Source: Cenococcum geophilum (Eukaryota). Taken from it: a DNA stretch of 64,000 nt. Below the pieces are notes generated by a model, which saw nothing but the letters and a program-made list of their open reading frames with translations, was not told where the DNA came from and did not search any database. The DNA lies in NCBI GenBank assembly GCA_050273025.1, contig CP158635.1, positions 23,126,001 through 23,190,000 on the forward strand. Direction: 5' to 3'. Made by a program: the position numbers and the translations under genes. Of the stretch, positions 53,988-64,000 are shown piece by piece. Each line of letters opens with the position of its first letter. Positions within the stretch are counted from its first letter, which is position 1.

Positions 53988-55284
53988 GTATTAGAGGTCC
54001 GGGTTAGGCTTAGTATAACCTTAGGTTACGCATAACCCTCTAAGGTCCGCGATATATTGTCCAAATATTACCCCCCCCCTTTAGTAGTGGCCCCTACTTT
54101 TTAGACGCGTTTTTAAGGCTTAGGTTAGTACTAGGTTAGTATAGAGGGCCTTAGCGCGCCTTCAACCTTACCGTTACCTTAACAATCTATTTTCTAATCC
54201 TCTTCTATTCTTATGCCCGCGCTAGCTTACGTAAGGCTTCTAATTTTATATAGAAAGGCCTACTATAATTATAATTATATAATATAAAGCCCTCTTCTCC
54301 TTCTTTTCCTTTAATATTTACGCGTTTAGTAGCTTTATTTACCTACGCCGCGCTTATATATCTCCCCCTTACCTCTTATAAATATAGAGTCTTTTAAGAA
54401 TCTCCTTACCCTATAGTCTACTTTATAGTTAACGAAAGCCCCCCTAGCTTCCTTCCCTATAGCCTCTAGAGCGAATTTAAGGCCTAGATAGTACGGCTAT
54501 ATAATATTTATAAGGCCTAGCGCTTAAAGAATACTATAAGGGCGTATAAGCTAAAGTAAAAAAAGTAGGAAGACTAGTATACGAGACTAAAAGGTAATAT
54601 AAACGGCGCCTAGGTAATAGAAGATAAGCTTTACCTATTTTTAGAGTAGTAAGTTATTAACTAAGAATTATAGGCTGCTAGCTATTAAAAATAGAAGTTA
54701 AAACAGAAAGAGATATAGAAAGATAGTAAGCGGGTAAAGAAAAGGTAGAAGATAGTTAAGCGGGTAAGGTAGCTAGGGGGGGAGGTAGCCGTAGGGGCAG
54801 CTATAAGGGTAGCTGTAAGTATAGGGGAGGAAGCTATAAAGGAGGAAGGGGAGATATAGGACGAGAAGGCTTTAAACGCCCTATTTAACGAGATAGTCTA
54901 ATACTCAGTTATAAATAGCTACGTCTTTACTATTACTAAGCTTTATGCATAGTAGTTAAAAGGTAAGATCTTATAGCCGCTATAGGGGGTAAAGCTCTCG
55001 GTAGTACTAGATAGCGTCCACTATAATAAGAACTAGATTTAACGCGTTAACTTTATTAATTAAGGCCTATTTATAATTACTAGCGGCTATAATATTAAAG
55101 GGCTTAAAAAGGCGATTACTTAGTGCTAGGAGATAGGCTCTAAGATGCTAGGTTTAGTTAAGTTTTACCTTTAAACTATAGCTAAGCATTTATTAGATTT
55201 GTATATACCCTATTTAATCTATACAGCTGCCGTTTTCTAACCTATTTCTTAAGCTATACTACTGTTACCTATAGTAAAAGTAGA

Positions 55285-55369
55285 GGCCGTCGAAATCGGA
55301 CTCTATACCTGTACGTGGTGACGGCTACGAACCTAGTCTTTGAAGTTTAGATTCAGAGCCAACGCAGAG
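55285..55369 (+). ncRNA. HDV-like self-cleaving ribozyme (nested double pseudoknot), RIP-damaged in P2
   Basis: P1 GGCCGTC/GACGGCT (55285-91/55320-26); P2 CTCTAT (de-RIP CTCTGC)/GCAGAG (55301-06/55364-69); P3 ACC/GGT; L3 TGTACGT; P1.1 GT/AC; P4 55329-36/55347-54; J4/2 AGAGCCAAC. Confidence 0.8.
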
Positions 55370-56305
55370 ACGTTGTATAGCGTGCGGATAGGACCTGTGG
55401 TGGTTATAGGCGTTAAGGGCGGTAGTGAAAAATTTTCAGATGGTAAGATCTTAAAAACCACTACTGTTGGCTCTCTATAGTACGATAACTACTACATTCT
55501 CCTATCTAGGGCACCTATACAATCCAACATGGATGCACAGTATTTAATATCACCCCCCGTCCCCCAGTAGAAAGTATTAATAACCTTATATTAACAAATA
55601 AGCAAATGCGAATAAACGAACGAACGAGTAAATATACGGCCCCTTCTAACCCCTAGGGCGATCGCCCGCGGAGCATGCGGTCACTCGCCGTACTGCTATA
55701 ATACTACTAAAAGTAGCAGCTGGATAACCCCATACGGTTTTCCTTGTCTCCTCTTAACGGAGTAGTGCCCTTAGAGAGGGCCTAGTAACTAGGGCCTAGG
55801 CATAAAAGATAGCCAGATATATATATATACATCCCGCTTTTATCTTTTAGTTTTAAGATAGTAGAACGGATGAATCCCCCTTACGCCTTTAATAGGCCTT
55901 AGGGGGGGGGGAGGCATGGCGTATATGGTAATAGTTAATAAGAGATAGTATATAGGGGTAGTTAAGATATAGAGCACAACTATAAGCATATAGCAATCGA
56001 TCGGCAAGGCCTAGCTAGGACGTAGTAAACCCTAACTTTAGATAAGCTAGAGAAGGAAGCAGTAGTTCCTAAGGAGTTTAAAACATCTAAGGAGGAGGAC
56101 GAGCTTTAGGCCCGTAGGGCCGCTGCTCGTGCAGGCATAGTAATTTAGGGTTTTTCATCCTACTAAGGTAGCTTATAGGGTTTTTCCTCCCCCCTAATAG
56201 CAAGGGGTTTTTCCTGTTAATATTACTTTCCCCTTATATACGGAGTAGTCTGCGTAGGCCTAGATAGGATCTGTATTAGACATTAATCAAAGAATCTACT
56301 ACTAC
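55285..56305 (+). mobile_element. Non-autonomous non-LTR retroelement (SINE/SIDE-like, 1021 bp)
   Basis: 13-bp TSD TAGTAAAAGTAGA at 55272-55284 and 56306-56318; 3' (TAC)n tail; absent from the homologous site in Crypton unit 1 (~51776). Confidence 0.9.
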
Positions 56306-57370
56306 TAGTAAAAGTAGATAAGATATTTAGCTTATTAACCTTATCCTTATTAAACTAAAGAATAAAGGGCCTAAACCGGACGAGTTAGCGCCGTGTATAA
56401 TTATATTAATAATATAAGGGAAGCAGAATTAGTACGGTAAGGTTGAGTATATAGACTATATACGGAACGCTAACCCTATTCTCTACCCCCTCTCTATAGT
56501 AGCCTTTTACTTCTTTAACCGCTAGGGTAAAGACAGCGCTAAAAGCTTTCTATTCTTTTAGTAGCTAGAGAACTACTATAACCTATATATCTTCCCTAGC
56601 AGTATTAAAGTACTATAACGGCCGCTAAGTTATTATACGCAGTTTAAATAAAATAAAAAGATATTTTAGGGGGTAGGAATTTACTTAAAGGAGAAGACCT
56701 ATAGCGCCTATAAGTAGAGCGTCTAATATACTAAGCTTAGCGGCGTTAAGGAGACCTAAATTAGATAGGCTAGATGCTAAAATATAGATATAATAATAGG
56801 AGCCTACCTTAGCTACCTACTCTATGCGTTTATATAGTCAATTACTAGCTTCCTAAAGGAAGGAAAGGGCTACTTTCTTTCCCGCGCATAGGAGGTGCTA
56901 GAGGAGGCCCTTTATTTAAAGATATAGCCTAAGACTAACGTCTGGCTAAAACGTATAAAGGCCTACTACTTAGGTAGGGCCGATAATAAGGTTATATAGC
57001 TTAACCTTACAGGCTTAGGATTTTTACGCCTCCTCTACGCGCTTAAGGTAATCCTATTATAGGACTTAGTAATTCTACGTAAGCAGTTCCCGCTCTACCC
57101 CTTATAAAAGGACCCCCTTTTTAGCTGTAAAGAATACTAGAGGTTTACTACGTAGGTAAAAAGCTTGCTAGCTAATATAGTTATATTAGATAAGCTAATA
57201 ATGTGGAAATACTAGCCCGCCTATAAGGCTGTAGCTAAGCTAAAATATAAGGCCGTAATCTCTAAGGTAAAGGGGGTTTAATTACGTATATAGATGATTT
57301 TAGAACGCCTTAGCGAAATAGAAAGGTTATTAGTATTATTCGCACTTATATAGATTTAGTAAGGGAAGAC

Positions 57371-57635
57371 TATTAGGAAATTTTTTTTTAGGCACGTTGT
57401 TGCAAACGAAAATCGGGGTCTACAAAACCTGCGTAAGTCGCAAATTTGGCAATTTGCGGCGATTTGCAGCAATTTGCTATAAACATATAGGCTACCTATA
57501 CACGCGCCTACCTTATCTATATATTTATAGCAAATTGCTGCAAATCGCTATAAATTACTAAAATTGCGACTTACGCAGGTTTTGCAGACCCTAATTTTCG
57601 CTTGTAATAATATACCTAAAAAAAATTTCTTAATA
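57371..57635. mobile_element. Fold-back MITE (265 bp, ~115-bp arms)
   Basis: Left arm (...aaaacctgcgtaagtcgcaa...tttgcagcaatttgctataaa) is the reverse complement of the right arm. Confidence 0.88.
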
Positions 57636-58295
57636 CAGAGGCTCTATATAAGGCTCTATACAAAGCTCTATATAAGGCTTTATATAAAGCTCTATATAAA
57701 GCTCTGTACGAAGCTCTATATAAAGCTCTATATAAAGCTTTATATAAAGCTCTACACAAAGCTCTATACGAAGCTCTATATAAAGCTTTGCATAAGGCTT
57801 TATATAAAGCTCTACACAAAGCTCTATATATAAAGGCTCTGCACAAGGCTCTATATAAAGTTCTATACAAATTTGTGCACGAAGCTCTATATAAAGCTCT
57901 ATATAAAGCTCTATATAAAGCTCTACATAAAGCTCTACACAAAGCTCTACATAAAGCTTTACACAATACTCTACATAAAGCTTTGCACGATGCTCTATAT
58001 AAAGCTTTACACAATGCTTTATATAAAGCTCTATATATAGAGGCTCTATATAAAGCTCTATATAAAGCTCTGTATAAAGCTTTATATAAAGCTTTATATA
58101 AGGCTCTATATAAGGCTCTATACAAAGCTCTAGGTATAAAGGCTCTGTATAAGGCTCTATACAAAGCTCTATATAAAGCTCTATATAAAGCTCTATATAA
58201 AGCTCTATATAAAGCTCTACACAAAGCTCTACATAAAGCTTTATACAAAGCTCTATATACGGAGGCTCTATACGAAGCTCTATATAAAGCCTTTA
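57636..58295. repeat. 12-bp minisatellite (aaagctctatat / aaagctctacac)n
   Basis: Roughly 50 copies; generates the spurious KALY/RALY ORFs. Confidence 0.95.
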
Positions 58296-58469
58296 TATAT
58301 ATACGCGCGACACATTACTATTAGGTCCCCGCTATATTCCTAATAGCCTCTACACATACCTCTACTAAGTATACCCCCTATATATACCTAGGTAGCCACC
58401 TTGTTTTTTACCCTTCCTTATATCCTCCCTACCTAGGAAGACACTAAAACGACAGCTAGTAGACAACTA

Positions 58470-58945
58470 TTACCGGAGCTAGACGACCGTCGTTAGAGCT
58501 AGATAACCGTTAGAGCTAGACAACCATTATTAGAGCTAAACAACTGTCGCCAGAGCTAGATAACCGTCGCCAGAGCTAGACAACCGTCACCGGAGCTAGA
58601 TGACCGTCGCTAAAGCTAGACGACCGTCAGAGCCAAACAACCGTTATTAGAGCTAGACAACCGTCGTCAGAGCTAGACAACCGTCGTCAGAGCTAGACGA
58701 CCGTCGTTAGAGCTAGACGACCGTCGTTAGAGCTAGACGACCGTCGTCAGAGCTAGACGACCGTCGCCGGAGCCAGATGACCGTCGCCAGAGCTGGACGA
58801 CCGTCGCCGGAGCTAGATGACCGTCGCCAGAGCTAGACGACCGTCGCCGGAGCTAGATGACCGTCGCTAGAGCTAGACAACCGTTAGAGCCAGACAACCA
58901 TCGTTATCGCCACATGACCGTCGCCAGAGCTACACGATAACCGTT
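58470..58945. repeat. 20-bp minisatellite (agagctagacgaccgtcgcc)n
   Basis: About 20 or more copies, with occasional 17-bp variants. Confidence 0.95.
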
Positions 58946-59009
58946 TAAACGACCAGCTAGCGAACACGATAAACGATTCGATCGATTAATTAAATTAAGG
59001 TGACATAGA

Positions 59010-59162
59010 CAGGTAGGCATAGATAGGTAGGTATAAACGGGTAGGTATAGACAGACAGGTAGGTAGGTAGGTAGGTAGGTAAGTAGGCAGGTAGGTAGGT
59101 AGGTAGGTAGGTAGGTAGGTAGGTAGGTAAGCAGGTAGGCAGGCAGGCAGGTAGGTAGGTAG
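59010..59162. repeat. (AGGT/AGGC)n microsatellite; a 9-bp (tacaattcg-like) array follows at ~59300-59420
   Basis: Directly visible in the sequence. Confidence 0.92.
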
Positions 59163-61220
59163 ATAATTTAAAGCCTTTGTAAGAGGCTTCCCCTTAACGC
59201 CTAAAGTAGATAGCTCTATATTTTATATAGTTATAATATAAATATATTTAAAAGTATACTATAGAAATCTATGGAAATATGTGATAATTTGGTTATTATA
59301 TAATATAATTATAATTTATATAGTTACAATTTATACAGTTTTTACAATTCGTATAATTTGTACAATTTGTACAATTCGTATAATTCGTACAGTTTTTATA
59401 ATTCGTATAATTCGTATAGTTTACGCACTATTTATTTATAGGGTAGCATTTTGCCGCAATTTACTATTAGGTGCTGCAAATTTATTATAAAACGCGCAAA
59501 TTGCTATTAGGGTGCTGCAAACTTGTTACAAAACGTGCGTTTTGCGCAAATTGCTATCGACTATATCCACCTGCCGCAACCGTACGGTTTACGGCAATTT
59601 ACCGCAAACCGCAACAACGAGCCCTAAAAAAAATTTCCTAATGGCTACGGGTATTTAAATAGGGCCTACAAAGTCCGTATGTCTACCTTTAGGCGAGCCC
59701 GCGCCGTTTACTATAATGTTTACTATATTTACGCCGCCTACTTAGCCATTTATAATATCCGTACTACCTACTTAGCCGCCGTTTATAATATCCACACTAT
59801 CCGCTTAGCTGTCTATAATATCCGCACCATCTGCTTAGCCGTCTATAATATCCGCACCGCCCACTTAGCCGTTTACTATATTCGCATCGCCCCTATTAGC
59901 GTAGGTATAAGCTAATACTTAACTATCTCTCCTATTTATCCTTAACCTATAGACGCCGCTAAGGAAATATAAAATACTTTAAGGCGGTAATTTAGTCTTT
60001 TAGCTTTAGACTAAGTAGACTTTAGGGCTAGCGGGTAGGCCATTAATTAAAGCTCTTAATTACTGCTAGGGGGCACACTAGCGGGTTAACGGCAAGGCTA
60101 TATTCTATAGCCGTCGCCGTAAGATTATTAAGGATATAAGACGGCGCGTAAAAGACGGTATAGCAAAAGATAAAAGATAGGCTATTAACTAGCTGGAACA
60201 GCTATAAGGCTAGCATTCTTTAAATTGGCTTTATAAGAATATCTAAGGTAAAGGAGGCTCCCTCTTAAGTAGTAAATAATACCTATTTTACTATAGTAAC
60301 CAAGACGCCTTAATATAGGACTATACTACAGTAACTAAAACGCCTTAATATAGAACTACACTGTAGTAACTAAGACGCCTTAATATAGAACTGTACTATA
60401 GTAACCAAAACGCCTTAATATACGACTGCACTATATTAACTAAGACGCCTTAATATAGGACTATACTATAGTAACCAAGACGTCTTAATATAGGACTGCA
60501 CTATAGTAACTAAGACGCCTTAATGTAGGAATAGAGCCCGTTTAGGTGTTATAAATTTAGAGTAATATTACGCAACTGTCTAGAAGTACCGATCTAACAC
60601 AAATTATATACCTTTTCGCCTAAAATCGCGTGCGAAAGTACTTAGGGGCGGTCGCTGCGCGACCTTGTATGGGGTTTGGGCGCGTTATTAGTAGGGGTAG
60701 CCCTAACCTCGTATTAACCCAGGTCGTAACCGCGCCAAATTAGCCCCCCCAATATGTGATAGATATAACTAAACCTACAATAATATTAGTATTACTATAT
60801 TAAAAATTCTGCTATAACTTTATAAGTGGAATTGTTAACCGTATTATAGAATTAGGGTATAAATACGGCTAGGTAAGGCAAATACTAAAGTATATAATGC
60901 TAGTATGCCCTATATATACTAGTTAAGAGGTAATACTCTTAGTAGTGGGTATAGAGGACTATAATACAATACTCTTAATACGAAGAGGCCTTAAGGTAAT
61001 TACCCGGTAGCTTATTAGCTAGAGCGTCCTAAACTAGTATCTATACCACTATATTACCGTAGTGTTTCCTATAAGCTTTATATAGCGGGCGGAACCTAAT
61101 ATTTTAATAGATTATAGAGTAAATTTCTATAATTAATTTACGCTATTTAGATAGTTAATTAGTTGCGTAGTTATAGAGTTATTTTAAATTAAAAATCAAA
61201 GTATTCTGTAATAGGCCAGT

Positions 61221-63794
61221 TGTTAGCAACTTAGTCAATTGAGGTATAAGCACGGCACGAGGGACGCGCAAGCCTATACAATTAGTAGTCTATTAACGAG
61301 AATATTAAGACAAGGACTAGAAGAAGGTCGAGGAAAAAACACGTCTATATACATACGCCAAGGCTCCAGACGAGCCCCTAACGAGGGTCTGTAACAATGC
61401 TATAATATTACCCCCCCCTCTATAAAAGCCTGCCCTTAGGCTTTATAGTTATCCTCCCCGTCAAGAAAGCTATATTATAGATCCGTTCTAAATTATCATT
61501 ATAGGCGGAGCAGCAAGGGTCGATCGGGTAGTAGTACGGTACTAGTGTTAGGATCGGTGTCGTAGGCGTATTAGCACGACGTCTTATTAGTTAGGTCGGG
61601 TTAGGTTATAGTATAGAGAATAGTTAAGTAGGATTTAGACTAGGGGCTAATTATCTAAGCTCCTTACTAAAGAATAGTTGAGTAGGTTCTAGGCTAGAGA
61701 CTAGTTAATAAGGCTCTTCCCTAGGGGTGCGGTCCCTAGAGCCGCGGTCCTAATATTATCTAATAAGTTTAGAGGTATAGACCGATTAACCGTCCTAATA
61801 ACACATCCGATTCCTCCGTTGTTTAATAAAAGGAGTAGATTTAATCCTCTATCTAAACTTAGGAGAATTACTAGGCTCCCAATATATAGACTTAGGGCTA
61901 CGTCTTCCTAAATCCTCTTTTTTAGCTACTATCAGCAGTTCTATAAGATCTCTTCTCTCTATATTAGAAGGTACCTATATCTACACTAATATTACCCTAC
62001 TTAGCTAAGACCTTTAGTTGTTAACATCTTATAAAGAGGTTAATTCTAATCCTATTATAGAATCGTTATCCTGGTCTTCTCGTGCCCTAACTTATCTTAA
62101 TCTACTATCCGTCTCTACCTTACGTTTCTATCGTCTTTTTAGGCCTTCCTATTGTCCCGGGTATTCTAGGAGGCTATACTATAGGCCCTACCTTATAGCT
62201 AGGGCCCTAAGACATATAAGGGGTTACGCAGTAACTATATTCTCTAGCTCCGTATAGCAGCTAATATCAGTATCCCTTAAGCTAGCTCTCTTCTATTATT
62301 CCTAGTCTTATACTAAATAATGTCTTATAAGCTCCATTAGGGTAGTAGGGTCTAAGATAAGCCTTTAAAAGTTTTTAATTCTATTAGGAAAACCTTTAGC
62401 TATAATATACCTCTAATAGCCTCCATCCTAAATAGGAGCTAAAATAGGTTTAATTGAGTTATTAAGCCACTTTTGTATAGAATTTAGTTAAATAAATATA
62501 TAGTTATTAAGGCTTTATATCTGGTTAAAAAGACTATTTCTAACGTTGTTAATCTATGTCGTAAGACGTTCATCCATCGACTTTATCTTAGTCTTAATTT
62601 CCGCAACCTCCGTCTTAATTTCCGTAACCTCCGTCTTGACTTCTGTAACCTTTGTCTTGACTTCTGCAACCTCCGTCTTAACCTTATTAACCTTAGCATC
62701 AACTTAATTTATACCCCTTTTAACCTCTATAACTCTTACGGCCTAAGGGGCGTTATTATCGTATAGGAACACTATTAAGTCGCTTAGTACGCCTATTACG
62801 CCATCTAGGTAAGGGTTTAGGTCCGTAGAGAGGTCCTATAGTTGAATAGGTAGGGTAAGGTTAACAGAGGTAGTAATATACTTGTGGATCTTTTGACGAA
62901 GGTTCTTTAACGCTATATAGGACGGCTCGAACGGGACAGCTAATGGAGCCATTTTATTAGTAATATTTGCTGCCTTTACTGTCGCGTATATCTAACGTCT
63001 GCGTGTTAGATATCTGTATATTTTAATAAAAATAATAATAGAGTCCTACAGGGTAGGCAGTTATTAGATTTAACTTTAATTACGTATACTTAAGCGAACT
63101 AATAGTAGAAGCTTGCTTAGAAGTTAAGATATATAGGTTCTTTAAGTGGTCCAAATTAATTGTTATAATTTTAATTTAATCGATCGACCGAATCGTTCTC
63201 TGTTTACTGGCTGTACGTTTAAACAATTAACGACTAGGGTCTGTTGACGGTTCTCTATAGGCTTATTCTGGTTCTAGTATTAGTACTTTTCTAAAAGGCC
63301 TTAATCTGGGGGAGACGTCGGCCCGATTAAAGGCCTTTGTTAATCACTAGGTATAGGGGTATTAGGTAACTTCTAGTAGGTTCTTTTAGGGGTTCTTGTC
63401 CGTGCGTATCTGGTTCTTAAGGTCGTGGTTATGTTTGTATACTGTTTATATTCCGTTCGTATTCCGTTTATATTCTTAGGGTTCTAGTTCTTGTTCTTGG
63501 TTCTGGTCTTGTCCTTAGGGTCCTATTCTATGTCCTTGTCCTGTCCTTAGTCTGTAGATATATTTGGGTTCCTTCTTAGAAAGAAAGGGTAGATGGTCTT
63601 AATATAATGTTAGCAACTTAGTCAATTAAGGCACGAGCACGGCACGAGGGACGCGCAAGCCTGTATAATTGGTAGTCTATTAATAAGAATATTAAGACAA
63701 GGACTAAAAGAAGGTTAAGGAAAGGACACGTCTATATACATGCGCTAAGGCTCCAGACGAGCCCCTGATGAGGGTCTATAACAGTGCCGTAACA
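61221..63794 (-). mobile_element. Non-autonomous LTR element (2574 bp, 187-bp LTRs) related to the chromovirus, carrying a RIPed coiled-coil ORF
   Basis: LTRs 61221-61407 and 63608-63794; TSD CCAGT. PPT region, LTR 3' half and leader match the 13096-18997 family. Internal minus-strand ORF from ~62952 has (VKTEVAE)n heptads. Confidence 0.9.
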
Positions 63795-64000
63795 CCAGTC
63801 TAACTAAAACGTATGATTATCTAATCGACAGTGTCGAATGTTAAAGGTAGAATGCACTTTACGTGTTTGAAGGACAATTGCTTTCTAACCTCTTCTATTT
63901 AAAGACTAATTGCTAGTTATTAAAGGAGAACTAACTCCCCTTATAATCCTTCTAAGACACTAATAAAACCTTTCGCCGCTTGTCTGTCTAACCATATTTT

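Larger units (their letters stand above)
57371..59643. mobile_element. Composite non-autonomous TIR insertion filled with satellites
   Basis: Absent from unit 1 (~52840). Ends (c/t)attaggaaattttttttagg ... cctaaaaaaaatttcctaatg; no coding capacity. Confidence 0.75.
53988..60762 (+). mobile_element. Crypton unit 2, direct tandem copy carrying two nested insertions
   Basis: Colinear with unit 1 end to end apart from inserts at 55285-56305 and 57371-59643. Confidence 0.85.

Noticed and set aside
57564..58324. ORFs of 89-210 aa with KALY/RALY/KLYI repeats
   Set aside because: Translation artefacts of a 12-bp minisatellite; open on both strands.
58470..58945. Regular repeat array superficially like CRISPR (also the 35-bp arrays at ~53480 and ~60290)
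   Set aside because: Contiguous tandem units without unique spacers, eukaryotic context, no cas genes.
59281..59915. Hydrophobic-looking ORFs (IRII/AVYNIR repeats)
   Set aside because: Derived from a 9-bp array and from a RIPed ~30-bp repeat inside the Crypton ORF read in another frame.

Overview
Filamentous ascomycete (Pezizomycotina) genomic DNA. Three AT-rich blocks of RIP-degraded, nested transposons (about 1-19.5 kb, 26.6-38.1 kb and 50.1-64 kb) alternate with two gene islands. Island 1 (19.7-25.9 kb) holds an F-box-like gene with one in-frame TAG, mitochondrial glutamyl-tRNA synthetase, and a divergent Xdj1-type DnaJ whose ATG appears split by an intron. Island 2 (38.3-49.6 kb) holds a Clr5-domain pseudogene, a cupin, a GH75 chitosanase and a PTH11-like membrane protein. 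Many TE boundaries and target-site duplications (TSDs) could be read to the base: two copies of one chromovirus, pogo/Fot1, Tc1-like, a full-length Tad1-like LINE, a Copia, two non-autonomous LTR elements, solo LTRs, MITEs and a head-to-tail Crypton pair. The most striking observation is a ~1 kb non-autonomous non-LTR retroelement (13-bp TSD, TAC tail) whose first nucleotide begins a complete HDV-like ribozyme fold. All calls are by eye; TE protein motifs are reconstructed by mentally reversing RIP, and no searches or folding programs were run.
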